Shown here: positions 9,873-21,100 of the stretch, piece by piece
Position numbering within the stretch: position 1 is the first letter of the stretch
How the letters are laid out: each line of letters begins with the position of its first letter
From: Naegleria gruberi
Lineage: Eukaryota
DNA: 64,000 nucleotides
Assembly (NCBI GenBank): GCA_000004985.1
Contig: GG738914.1
Strand: one strand, 5' to 3'
Notes under the pieces: model-generated
Database searches by the model: none
What the model saw: the letters and a program-made list of their open reading frames with translations, nothing else
What the model was told of the DNA's origin: nothing
Position numbers and translations under genes: made by a program

Positions 9873-12161
9873 ATGAAGAATGAATTTTCCAGGGAGTATG
9901 ACTTGTTATTGTTCATAGAGGAGGCAATTGAAGCGAAAATTATTCTTCCTTCATCATTATCATCAAATCATCATCAAAATCAACCGACATCATCGACATC
10001 TTCCTCTCAAATTCTTCATGTTTACTTGTATGGATCCCGAGCCTACTTTCCATCTGATGAAGATCAACAACAACAGCAGCTCGGATCTAACAGAGACTAT
10101 GATACTGTTGTCATTGTTGAGAATTGTACCTTTATCAAATTGATGAATTATTGCAAAACTCTTCAACAAGAACCTTCTCATCATCACACAGAGGAAAATA
10201 TTAAACTTGAAGAATTCCTACTCAATTCTAACAAGCAATACTACAAGATTCTGTACACTTTTATGAGGAATAACGTGGAAATATCCATGTCGATCTATTC
10301 GGAAAGGATTTTCCAGAGAATGATTCAGGATCACTCGATATTCATCTTGTTTTGTGTTCATAATAGGAATTCAATAGTAAAGTGGAAGGAAACTTGGAAT
10401 GAACGAGTGGAGGGCTATAATTCCAATGATCTCTCCCTTTCCGAATGTTACTATAGGAAATACTTTCAGAAACACAAGTTTGTTCCATCTGTACTATCGG
10501 AAGTGAATAGAGCTTGGCAAAAGTTCTATAACAAGATTGTGAAAGATCATGATGAGAGTAAGGGAACTAAGTTGGTGGTGTACTGCTTTAGATTCTTGGC
10601 TTGGGCTACAGAATTATTGCAATATCATTGTGTGGATGAGTCAGTGTTTAGTGGAAATGAAATTTATTGGAATTTACAGCAAAATGTGTTGGATAAATTT
10701 GATAGACAGGATTATAAGGCCCTGTACAAGACTATCGATGAAGAGTATGGAGAAAAGTATAGTCTGACAGTAGATTCATTCACGAAATTGTCTGAATTTT
10801 CATCTCTCTATCCAAATATTAGTCTCACAAAATCCGAAACAACTGAAGTGATTATTAGTGATCCTTCAATGGTATTGAAAGAAATGAAGCAATTATTGGA
10901 AGGATTGAACAGCATTGAGGATCTGTATAGACTCTTTTCAATTTATTACAAAAATTCAGCACAAAGTCAAGGTATTGCATTGAGTGCTACCGATATGAGT
11001 CCAAGGGATTATCCAATTATTAGCCTGTGCATTAACTCATCTGTAAATAATTCAATATTATTTGACACTGCTCAACATTCAATTCTCAAAGCAATACCAT
11101 TTATTCCTAATATTAGAATAGAGATGAACGAAAGTGCTTGCAGAGAAGTGATGTTGAAGAATAGTCCTGGATCAACTTGGCATGAAATTTATACCTCTCG
11201 AAATCATCAGAATTGCTTTTTAGTTTGGTGGAACTTTCAAAGTTCAAAGTGGTGCGTGAATGAAGCAACTAATTTAACATTGGCTTTGAGAATATTCATT
11301 AATTACCTACCATGTTTATTGAATAATGATCAATTTGAAAATTATTCAATAACTATACAACTAGAAAATTCGAATGATATTACTATAATAGGATTTAATT
11401 ATTTGGAAAAATCTGGAAATTATAGACAACAACTGGTTACCAAATTTGAGGATTTTGCTCCAAATATTATTTTCTCTAAAGAGAATTTTAATAGAGATGA
11501 ATTTAATTTAACATTTAGAAAACCAATACTCAAAATTCAGCAACCTAGTGTAGCTTTAACATTTGATGGATACAGAACCTTTGTATTGAATCACGATGAA
11601 ATTCAAGATATTCTCCATGACAATCAAGTGGAAGTTATTGAAATATTTACCTATTCTTCTGATGTGGACACAAAGCCACTCTATACCTCCATAACTACGC
11701 CTTCATATAATTGCCTTCGTAAAATGAAACAGGTAATTCTCGATAATGGAGATTGCACGCTCAGAGAAGTCTCACAACTACCAAAGCATATAAAGGAATT
11801 GTGCTTGGAATTCACTCGTTGGAATTTAAATATTAACAAGTTATTGGAGGACATACAGCTTGAATTTTATGGAAATACAGTGGAGATGATTTGTCAACAA
11901 ATTGAATTATATAGTTCTTTAATTTCAAACCTTAGAGAAACTATTCAAAAGCTATCTAATATTTCGGAACCCAAACTTTTGGACAAGAATATAAAAGAAA
12001 TTATCACCAGTAAGCAAACAGTTTCACTACTCAAGGCAATTCTATTCCGAGTTCAACAAAAATCCTCAGTGGGTGATATAATTATTAGATGCATTAGAAA
12101 TACATACCGTCAAAGATTATTAACACTGTTGGAAGAAGTTTCTAAAAAACCTCAACAGTAG
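9873..12161 (+). CDS. Hypothetical 762-aa protein (poly-Q/S N-terminal region, no confidently recognised domain)
   Basis: Long ORF starting at ATG 9873 (MKNEFSREYDLLLFIEE) with coding-like composition and no internal stops. Confidence 0.5.
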   Translation: MKNEFSREYDLLLFIEEAIEAKIILPSSLSSNHHQNQPTSSTSSSQILHVYLYGSRAYFPSDEDQQQQQLGSNRDYDTVVIVENCTFIKLMNYCKTLQQEPSHHHTEENIKLEEFLLNSNKQYYKILYTFMRNNVEISMSIYSERIFQRMIQDHSIFILFCVHNRNSIVKWKETWNERVEGYNSNDLSLSECYYRKYFQKHKFVPSVLSEVNRAWQKFYNKIVKDHDESKGTKLVVYCFRFLAWATELLQYHCVDESVFSGNEIYWNLQQNVLDKFDRQDYKALYKTIDEEYGEKYSLTVDSFTKLSEFSSLYPNISLTKSETTEVIISDPSMVLKEMKQLLEGLNSIEDLYRLFSIYYKNSAQSQGIALSATDMSPRDYPIISLCINSSVNNSILFDTAQHSILKAIPFIPNIRIEMNESACREVMLKNSPGSTWHEIYTSRNHQNCFLVWWNFQSSKWCVNEATNLTLALRIFINYLPCLLNNDQFENYSITIQLENSNDITIIGFNYLEKSGNYRQQLVTKFEDFAPNIIFSKENFNRDEFNLTFRKPILKIQQPSVALTFDGYRTFVLNHDEIQDILHDNQVEVIEIFTYSSDVDTKPLYTSITTPSYNCLRKMKQVILDNGDCTLREVSQLPKHIKELCLEFTRWNLNINKLLEDIQLEFYGNTVEMICQQIELYSSLISNLRETIQKLSNISEPKLLDKNIKEIITSKQTVSLLKAILFRVQQKSSVGDIIIRCIRNTYRQRLLTLLEEVSKKPQQ

Positions 12162-12215
12162 CAGTAGATTTTCAACAATGAAGTACACCAAGGTTGATTA
12201 TTAATAAGGAGCTAT

Positions 12216-14852
12216 CTACTGTTTCCACATTTTATTGATTTTCTTACAGAAAACATCACTCATCAACAGTTGATTTCCATTCGAATTGAAATTTCTGAAA
12301 CAACTTTGCATTTCACATTCCTTTCCAAAATATCCCTCATCACAAACACAACTATTCGGTGCAGCACAATAACCACGGGATGAGCATGCTAGGGCATTTG
12401 TTGAATTATATCCAAAACATGAAAATTCATCTCTTGTGTAAAGGGAAACTCTTGTTTGTCTAAGAGCTACCAAATAAGGAATTCCATCGTATAGTTTAGG
12501 ATAGAGATCTGGAGTGGCTATTGGTGGTTGTCTATATCGAATAGGAGAAGTTTGAAAGTAATCATTCACACCACCTGCATATAAATTACCTTTCCTTGTG
12601 ATCAAATAATAACTCTTGTCCATCGTATAGCCCGAAACTACATACGAATCATCGGAAGGTAATATGATGGGATAGGGTTGACCATAAAAATAATAAGGCT
12701 TTCCAATTGTTGAGATAAGAAGCATAGAAGAAGTACCTCCTGTAACCAATTGCCTAACTTTGACATCTCCATTAACTCGAATAAAGTTTACAATATTTGT
12801 TTCTGAACTCAATGACAAGTATTTTGAATTATCATTATTTCCACAGCCATACACATTTCCTTGATTGGTTAATAATAGCAATGTTGCTGCATAGGTTATT
12901 ACTTTCAAATCCACAACTCTTTCACCAACTCCTAAAAAGGAAATATCTAACATGGTAAATGAATTGAAAACTGTTGGAGCATTTACACCAAATCCAAATT
13001 GATAATTGGAATTTCTACCAATTCCAAGGACACTTCCATTTTTCATCAAGAAGAAAATATTGTCGTCTCCTATTAAGGCGAATTTTTCAACATTCGAATA
13101 GAAAAGTTGTGGACTTGAAGTGAAGGTAATTGGAAGAGAGAATTGGTAAGCTGGGGATCCCCAACCATACAAATCTCCATTCGAAAGCAGAATGAATCCA
13201 ACTTGGTTTCCCAATTCGATTGAAACTATTTCTTGTTTCGTCAAGTTGGACGAAATTAAACTTTCCTTAACTGGTAATATAGAAGATGGGAAGAGTCCAG
13301 AGCAGAGTCCCCAATACTCCATTGAAGTGATATTTCCATTAGATTTTGAAATTATCACTGAACAATCTCCATTCGATTTGGCAGAAATAATCGAAACACT
13401 GTTCGAAATGTTCATTGATGGAATTGTCAAATTTCTAGGATAACGAATCTCTCTTTCTTCACCTTTAGCCAATATTCCATCTCTATTTGTTCCCCAAACA
13501 TATGCCATCCCTTCAGAAGTGACTGAAACTCCATTTGCATCTGTAAACCCAACTTTCGTCAAGTTTCCACCATTCATCATTACAATCTTATCAAAATTTG
13601 GACCATAAAAATCATGTCCATAATTATCTTGTCTTCCATATCCCCAAGAATACAAATTTCCACCAATAATACAAGCCGAAATCAAACCAGAAGCATAACA
13701 TTCGGTAACATTCGAATTAATGTAACTCATTTTTCTTGGAACCCAAACAACCTGTCCAGCACTTGGATCACACTGTTGTGCATCATTATCACCAAACACA
13801 TACACATTTCCATTTTCCAAAATTGTCAAGGCATGTGAAACTCCAAAATGAATTTTTTTGACTTTTGAAGGAAGCAATGTGACTTGTCTAGGTGTTTCAG
13901 TATAATCAAGAGAAGTATCATTCACACCCATAGATCCACGATAATTACTTCCCCACGTATATAATTTACCATCCTTATCAATTGCTGCCATTACTGACCT
14001 TCCACTAGAATAGGAAGATTTCGAACCACTTAACGAAACTATATTTTGCAATGAAGCAATCTGATTAATCACATAACTATTAATAGCAGTTGCTACTCCT
14101 CTAATATAATCTCCACATCCAAAACTGAAAACATGTCCATAATTAGTAAGTGCAAAATAAGTTTGGCAATAAATATAACCACAAATTTCAATATCAACAA
14201 TTTCTACATTCTGATAAGGTTGAAAATCATCTTGATTGATGTAATTATTGAGAATGAATGTTTCTGTCCAAGGTGTCATTGAATTAGACGTGTCAAGATA
14301 TTCTTGAATGAAAACTTTTCCATCACTTGTCAAAATTAAACATGAAAATAAGCAAACCATTTTAGTGACAGTTCTGTTACCAGTAATGAATGGATTTTCA
14401 TTCTTTCCTTCTTCTGTATAGATGTATGTTGGTTCTGGAAGTGTGAAAATTTTTGGTGGTGAAGTTTTTGGATTTCCTCCACTTACGAGAATTGTTTGAT
14501 TGATTGGCATGGATGTGGTTGTGTTGGAGTATTGTAGAATGTAGTAAATTGAATAAGTTGCTGGAACTATTTGTTGAAGCTTGACAGAAACGTCACGTGC
14601 TTGAATGCCAGTTGTCAATCTGTAAGATTCAGAGCCGTTGAAGAATAAAGTGGAAAGATAAGAGTTGGGTTCTGCTGGATATCCGATTGATGTTGGGTAA
14701 TAGAAATTAAAACCATTGTTGTCAGCGTTACCAAAGTTGTAAATATTTTTCACATTAATTGAACAGCTGGCATGATGTAATATTGACAGGAAGCATATCA
14801 CAAACAATAGACCTATCGGTAGCAATTGTTCCCCGCTACGTTTTACACTCAT
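12216..14852 (-). CDS. Secreted RCC1-like repeat (beta-propeller) protein with C-terminal EGF-like Cys-rich module
   Basis: ATG at 14852 and signal peptide LLPIGLLFVICFLSILHHASC. Repeated xYxWGxNxxGxLG motifs (LYTWGSNYRGSMGV, VYVFGDNDAQQCD, LYSWGYGRQDNYGH, VYVWGTNRDGILAKG, LYGWGSPAYQF, VYGCGNNDNSKYL). C-terminus CAAPNSCVCDEGYFGKECEMQSC. Confidence 0.65.
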   Translation of the reverse strand: MSVKRSGEQLLPIGLLFVICFLSILHHASCSINVKNIYNFGNADNNGFNFYYPTSIGYPAEPNSYLSTLFFNGSESYRLTTGIQARDVSVKLQQIVPATYSIYYILQYSNTTTSMPINQTILVSGGNPKTSPPKIFTLPEPTYIYTEEGKNENPFITGNRTVTKMVCLFSCLILTSDGKVFIQEYLDTSNSMTPWTETFILNNYINQDDFQPYQNVEIVDIEICGYIYCQTYFALTNYGHVFSFGCGDYIRGVATAINSYVINQIASLQNIVSLSGSKSSYSSGRSVMAAIDKDGKLYTWGSNYRGSMGVNDTSLDYTETPRQVTLLPSKVKKIHFGVSHALTILENGNVYVFGDNDAQQCDPSAGQVVWVPRKMSYINSNVTECYASGLISACIIGGNLYSWGYGRQDNYGHDFYGPNFDKIVMMNGGNLTKVGFTDANGVSVTSEGMAYVWGTNRDGILAKGEEREIRYPRNLTIPSMNISNSVSIISAKSNGDCSVIISKSNGNITSMEYWGLCSGLFPSSILPVKESLISSNLTKQEIVSIELGNQVGFILLSNGDLYGWGSPAYQFSLPITFTSSPQLFYSNVEKFALIGDDNIFFLMKNGSVLGIGRNSNYQFGFGVNAPTVFNSFTMLDISFLGVGERVVDLKVITYAATLLLLTNQGNVYGCGNNDNSKYLSLSSETNIVNFIRVNGDVKVRQLVTGGTSSMLLISTIGKPYYFYGQPYPIILPSDDSYVVSGYTMDKSYYLITRKGNLYAGGVNDYFQTSPIRYRQPPIATPDLYPKLYDGIPYLVALRQTRVSLYTRDEFSCFGYNSTNALACSSRGYCAAPNSCVCDEGYFGKECEMQSCFRNFNSNGNQLLMSDVFCKKINKMWKQ

Positions 14853-15246
14853 TGTTTGGGTGTTGTTCTTTTGATATTGTTTAATTTTTTTATAATGACG
14901 TTTGGCAGTGAAATCCGATAATTCACCTACGAAGAGCTTTCATTATTTGGAAAATAATTCGCACAACACAGTAACACCAATGTCGGACTATTTGACCATC
15001 ACTGTTATTAATGACTTTTGGCAGTGATATTAAAGTGACATTTGAAGTTGACTGACTTTGAATTTAATTTCCATTCCAATGAGAAACTAGTTGAATATCT
15101 TAATAATATTTTGAACAAGACGAATGAGGTTGAACATTAGAAACTGGCGTTACTTGTTTCGATGTCGAAACCTTTCGTCTTGTTTCTCTATCTTGCTTCC
15201 AGATTCCCAAACTTTTAAGATTCGAATATTTTTCTCTTAAAAAAAA

Positions 15247-16638
15247 ATGTCAGAATTAAAAACCACACCATCACCATCTTGCTCTCTATTTCTTCCTGAT
15301 GATATTTGTTATGAAATATTAACTTTTTTACATTGTAACGATGAATACGATGAATACGATGATGATGGATCATTTTTAACACATCAATTATTTATTTTAA
15401 ATACTTGTTGTTTAATATCTAAACAATGGTTAAATGTAATTCGGAATCGATGTGAATTTACTATTTTTATTCATCATGCCAGCTGTCAAGTATTAAATTC
15501 TTTAATGGATTCGCAATTTGTTTCTAATTTTACAACACTACATGTCACTGAATCTTGGGATTGTAATATGGAAATGATTAGTTCTATGAATCATTTAACT
15601 AAATTGCACATTAACAATAATTACACCAGTAAGAAAATGGAATTTATATGTAAATTGAATCAATTGAAAATATTGGAATTGGAATTGAGTGATATTGGAA
15701 ATGAACAACTTATTCAAATTTCCCAATCTATGAAACAATTAACAAAACTTAGTGTTGGTTTTAATGATATTGGAGGAGAAGGATTGAAATTAATTAAAGA
15801 GTTGAGTAATTCCTTGACTATCTTAAATATTGAACATAATCAAATAGGAAATGAAGGTTTGGAATTATTAAGTGGATTGACACGATTGGATAGTCTTGAT
15901 ATTTCTACGAATAAGATTGATAAATTCAATTCAATTTGTAATTTGAATCAATTAACAATATTAAATGTCAGTAATAATATTGTTGGAAATGAGGGTGTGA
16001 AATTCATAAGTAAATTGAAACATTTAACTGAGCTAGTTATGCAGAGTTGTAACGTTAAGGAGGAAGGAATGAAATCAATTTGTGAATTGAAGAATTTAAC
16101 CAACTTTAACATTAGTAATAATTTTATTCGAAATGAAGGAATGATATTGATATGTAATTCATTTCCACTATTGAAATGTCTACGTGCAAGCTCAAACAAG
16201 ATTAGCAACGAAGGAGTTCAAGATATTACTAAATTAGAAAGATTGACCGATCTGAATATTTGCCGAAATGAAATTAGCAATAATGGAATGAAATCAATTA
16301 GTGGATTAAAGAAGCTAACTTGTCTAGATGTTAGTGGTAATAATATTAGTGATGAAGGTGCAACATCTATTAGTCAACTTTCTCAATTATCAAGTCTTTA
16401 TATTAATGACAATCAAATTGGTGATGAAGGAATGGAATCAATTAGTGAAATGAACAATTTATCTAAACTTTGGATTAATGATAATCAAATTGGCAATATA
16501 GGAGCCAAGGCAATTTCAGTTAACATGCATCAATTAACCTTCCTTTTTATTGCCAACAATAGGATTGGTGAGGAAGGAATTAAACTTCTTGAGAATATGA
16601 AACTGACCTATTTGGAGACCTTTGATAAACTTTATTAG
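15247..16638 (+). CDS. F-box / leucine-rich-repeat (RNI-like) protein
   Basis: ATG at 15247. F-box-like DDICYEILTFLHCND...ISKQWLNVIRNRC. About 14 tandem LRRs of form LxxLxxLxISxNxIxNEGxKxIS. Confidence 0.7.
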   Translation: MSELKTTPSPSCSLFLPDDICYEILTFLHCNDEYDEYDDDGSFLTHQLFILNTCCLISKQWLNVIRNRCEFTIFIHHASCQVLNSLMDSQFVSNFTTLHVTESWDCNMEMISSMNHLTKLHINNNYTSKKMEFICKLNQLKILELELSDIGNEQLIQISQSMKQLTKLSVGFNDIGGEGLKLIKELSNSLTILNIEHNQIGNEGLELLSGLTRLDSLDISTNKIDKFNSICNLNQLTILNVSNNIVGNEGVKFISKLKHLTELVMQSCNVKEEGMKSICELKNLTNFNISNNFIRNEGMILICNSFPLLKCLRASSNKISNEGVQDITKLERLTDLNICRNEISNNGMKSISGLKKLTCLDVSGNNISDEGATSISQLSQLSSLYINDNQIGDEGMESISEMNNLSKLWINDNQIGNIGAKAISVNMHQLTFLFIANNRIGEEGIKLLENMKLTYLETFDKLY

Positions 16639-16714
16639 TGAAACATTTCGAATAAACAATCATGATATGTAAGCAATTGTTTTCACATATATTAAATTTT
16701 CTCAAGTAAATGTA

Positions 16715-16795
16715 GCAGACTTGGCCGAGTGGTTAAGGCGACAGACTTGAAATCTGTTGGGGAAACCTTCGTAGGTTCGAATCCTGCAGTCTGCG
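16715..16795 (+). tRNA. tRNA-Ser (anticodon TGA), class II with long variable arm
   Basis: Acceptor GCAGACT/AGTCTGC+G. A box TGGCCGAGTGG. Anticodon loop CTTGAAA. T-arm GGTTCGAATCC. Long variable arm. Confidence 0.85.
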
Positions 16796-16877
16796 TCTGA
16801 GATTTTGATTTGGCTTTAATTGGGGAGCGTAAAGTGTTTCCCTAGTATTGATTAAGAGGCTTTTATCAGAGTGTAAG

Positions 16878-16958
16878 GCGGTCTTGACCGAGTGGTTAAG
16901 GTGATTGACTAGAAATCAATTGGGGCGACCCGCACAGGTTCGAGTCCTGTAGATCGCG
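16878..16958 (+). tRNA. tRNA-Ser (anticodon AGA), class II
   Basis: Acceptor GCGGTCT/AGATCGC (one G-T wobble) + G discriminator. D-arm ACC-GAGTGGTTAA-GGT. Anticodon loop CTAGAAA. T-loop TTCGAGT. Followed by T-runs (cagttttatctttt). Confidence 0.85.
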
Positions 16959-17405
16959 ATCAGTTTTATCTTTTAAAAAATTAACTATCTTTTACAAATA
17001 TTTAAACATATTACACCATTAATAATGAATTAATCACATATCATATCACATAATCTTTCTATTAAGTTAACTTGCATACTTGAGAGATTCATACAAGATA
17101 TTGTACTACTTTTTGTTGTCGAGAAAAGGTTTACCCGAGCTAAAGTCTTACACCAGGTTTTACAGTACTCTGCCTTCAACTCATCTCCTTTAAAGTGGGT
17201 AATAACCTTATTAATAATTCCACAGTAAACCATCTGGAAATTGTCCATTGAATTTCCAAACCGTAACACTCGCTGCTGTTCACGCCACGCACCTTCACGC
17301 TATCAATAGTAAAATCAATCTACACAGCCTTAATCAAAAAAGTGTTTGCTGGCAATTTTTCGTAAATTTTGAGTGGCGCTCAAATCCGTTTTTTGATTAA
17401 AAAAA

Positions 17406-18149
17406 ATGCAAGGAAGAACGCTACTGCTTTTCACGCTCATCCTTTTATGTGTGCTAGCTTATTGTTGTGTAGAGAATGTTACTGCTGAATCATGGGGAAG
17501 TTTCTTGAGTCAATCTATGCAAGTTACAAATGGTAAGTGGAGTGTAATTTGACATTTTGGAAGAATTAAGCATTATGATCATTATTCATATTTAGGAAAA
17601 TTATTTTCATCATCAAAAAGATCACAAGTTGTTTGTCCTCCAAATACCTTTGGAAGTAAATGTAATAATAAGGTGAATCTCCCAGATACATATCCTCTCA
17701 AAAAAGGTCCGTTAATGATTGGCCAGATGGAGATTAATGATGGAAATTCTTATTCATGCGAGTGGACTATTTTTGTTTTAGAATTTAATCAAAGTTTTAG
17801 TTATCCCTGTTTTTTTGTCGTAGCCGATACAACTGTTCCACCAATCAATTACACTCTAACCTATTCAGTGTGGTCTGCAGGTTTCATAATTTTTTCAAAG
17901 GATGTTGTGTTTATTGATGGGATAATTCCAACATTGAATACTAAGGTGACCTACATGGGTGATTTCAATTTCTTGATTGACAAACCAATGAGCTGGGATG
18001 ATTCTGCCAACACATGCCAAGTTGGAATAGTTCAACAAAAGATTTCTTCATTGCAAGAACTTTCAAAGTTGAAAAACTTAACTACATTTGACATTCCTTG
18101 CAATTCATCTTCAACAATCAAGGTTCCATATTTTGGATATCCTTACTAA
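17406..18149 (+). CDS. Signal-peptide-bearing protein, two exons (17406-17532, 17596-18149). Possibly the 5' part of the downstream giant EGF protein gene
   Basis: ATG at 17406 gives MQGRTLLLFTLILLCVLAYCCVENVTAESWGSFLSQSMQVTN with a GTAAGT donor at 17533. A 63-nt AT-rich intron ends tatttag at 17595. Phase-1 junction is in frame with ORF 17673-18149. Confidence 0.45.
17533..17595 (+). other. Predicted spliceosomal intron (GTAAGT...TAG, 63 nt)
   Basis: Canonical donor directly after the signal-peptide exon. The acceptor restores the frame into the long ORF. Confidence 0.5.
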
Positions 18150-18183
18150 GATAGTGTTTTCCTATCATAATTTAAAATATTCA

Positions 18184-21100
18184 ATGTATGATAATTATAT
18201 TCAAGAAAGAACCTTAATTGAATACTTTCCAACATTTTTTGCAAATCTTGGAAACACGACAGACATTAGCATTTCAAACTCTGATAGAATTATCTCTTTC
18301 TATAGCATTGTGAGTTCTAACATTCCTGTTTTGAAATGCAAAGTCCAATTGAGTCTAGGAAATTCTCTCACTACCCTATTCGAATCTAATTGTTCTTCCT
18401 TTTTGAACTTTACCCATTCACTCACTCAATACAGCACCAATACGAATGCCTCCATCATAGTCACTCTCTCAAATCAAGAATACATGTTTGAAGAAAGTGA
18501 AACTTTTGACATGAATCTATCAAATTGTTCTCAGTGTCAAAATGGAATTTGTCGATTGTCTCAAAGTAGTATTGATGGTTCAACTCATTGCGAATGCTCA
18601 GGCTTGTTTGAAGGAGAATTTTGTCAAGAGTGTAAAGATGGTTTTGTCAAATTATCGGACAAGTGCGTTTGTCCGAATGGTTATCAACAAATTGGTTTTG
18701 GCTGTGTCTTTGTTAGTAGCTCAAACGCCACTTCCTGTTTTGGATATAGTGTCAAAGAAGGTGATCGTGCATGTTCTTATCATGGAATTTGTAATTTGAA
18801 TACTCATTTGTGTGAATGTAGTGAAAACTTTGATGGTGACAGATGTTCAACATGTAAGACAGGTTACACTGGTTCAAAGTGTGATATTCCAATTTGTCAT
18901 GATGTGAGTGCCATCGATTCAACTGTTTGTAATTCCAAAGGTGATTGTGTAGCACCTGACAGCTGTCAATGTAATGCAAATTATTATGGACCTAATTGTG
19001 CAAGCTTTAAATGTAATGGCATTGAAAAGAATAATGCTTTAGTTTGTTCATCACATGGTACATGTTCCAATGCTGATGTATGCACTTGTTCCTCAAATTA
19101 TGATTCGTCCACTTTCTGTTCAAAATGTCTTCCTTCCTACAATGGAACTGATTGTTCCATAAAAATTTGCAGCCCAGAAACCACTTGTAGAGGCCATGGA
19201 CAATGTAACGATCAATTACAATGTATCTGTAATGGAAAATTCACAGGCACCTATTGTGAAAAGTGTTTAGATGGTTGGGTTGGCAGTAATTGCGACATTA
19301 CTTGTTCTGCACAGACAACTTGTTCTGGAAAGGGAAGTTGTTCATCAACTGGATCTTGTATCTGCTCGGCAACTTCCTATGGAGATCATTGTGAGAATTG
19401 TAAAGATGGTTGGTATGGAGCTAATTGCGACTTTAGAATAGATTTTACATCTTTTGAATTTAATGAGAATGGTGATTCGATTAGTGCTTCTGTAAACTCT
19501 GTCATGAAGAAGAATATCAACTGTTCATCGCTCATTGTAAACACTGAAGTGTTAGGACAAGGTGCAACTTGTGTATTGGATGGTGATAAGAGTTTATTGA
19601 TCATTAATCTTGGCACCTTGGCAACTATTGTCATTAATGGAAATCTCATTATCAGAAACTACATTGACAGCAAATTAACAACCAATGCCAAAGTGTCAGG
19701 AACTTTCTATCAAAGAGTTGATCCTGTCGCCTCCTTGACATCTGAAAAGTCTGTCATTGGTTGTGGAACAATGTTCTTGGATGCTTCTTCATCCACTTCA
19801 TTGGACAGAAGAAGATTGTTATTCACATTCTCTGCAGTCACAGCTCCAAATAATCAAGCCTTATCAAACCTTAATAATCTCATTTCTGGAAATAGTGCAA
19901 GTACTGTCAAATTCTCAGTGAATAATTTTACAGGTGGATCTTATTCTGTTCAGGTTGCTGTTCAGAGCACATTCTCTGGTAGAGTTTCGTATGCTACGTT
20001 TGCATTCATGGTGACTGATGCCTCCCCACCAAATTTGAGTATTAAGAATGGTGTTTCGAGTACTGTGACTATTGGAAACTCATTTGTGGTTACACCAATT
20101 GTTTCATTCCCTTCATGTTATTCTGGTTCTGCTTTAATATCTAATCTGAAATTTACCTATACTCAAGTTAGCGGTGCTGCACTCCAGATTAAACAAAAGA
20201 ATGAATTGTTGGTGTTTAGTTCAGATTATACCAAGTTGACTGAAGAAGGTAAATATGTATTTAGTTTGAGTGCTGTTGAACAGGGATATCCAGGAGCATC
20301 CATCACATTCGAAATCATCGCAGTAGCCCTTCCATTGAAAGTTTCGTTCAATATTCGTGACATGTCTCAATCCATGGAAGATAAAATCTCGTTTACAGTA
20401 CTCAAACAGGATCCAAGTAATCCAGATGATGCAAGTGGACAAGTAGCTCTATCTTGTGTCAATATGGAAACTTTACAAAGTTGTGATGGTTTCGTCCAGA
20501 ATGGTGCAAATATTGATCAGACCACTTTGTTATTTAACCAAAAGTATGGACCTGGCGTTTATTTGTTTACTGCTGTGTACACCAAGGGTTCGAGATTCTC
20601 CTCTTCCAAAGTTAAAATCACTGTCACAAGTCAATCGAAATCATCCTTCTTGAGAATATACATTAATACTCCTTCCAATATTGATCTGACCTCAGTTGAC
20701 CCATCCACTTATTTAATTCTTCAAGCACAAAGCATCGACTCACTAAGCGTTCAAAGAATCTACTCATGGACAACTGATTTTGATTCCTCCTCCACCTCCT
20801 CATTGGATCTCAACAAGAAATACTTGTCCATTCCAAAGAGTTTACTTGTTCCTGGTGCTTCTTACACAGTTTCTGTTAAGGTTGTGGATGGAGCAAAGGT
20901 AGGTGAGGGAGTTATTTCATTTGTGGTCAATTCGCCTCCAACATTGGGAAGTTTGGAAATTAATCCATCGACAGGTGTTGCCCTCACTGATGAATTTAAG
21001 GTTTCATGTGGAAATGGGTGGTCGGATGTTCAACTCCCGCTGACCTTCAAGTTTTTGTACAGACTTCAAGGAGATGTGTTCTGGAAAGTATTGAAAGAAA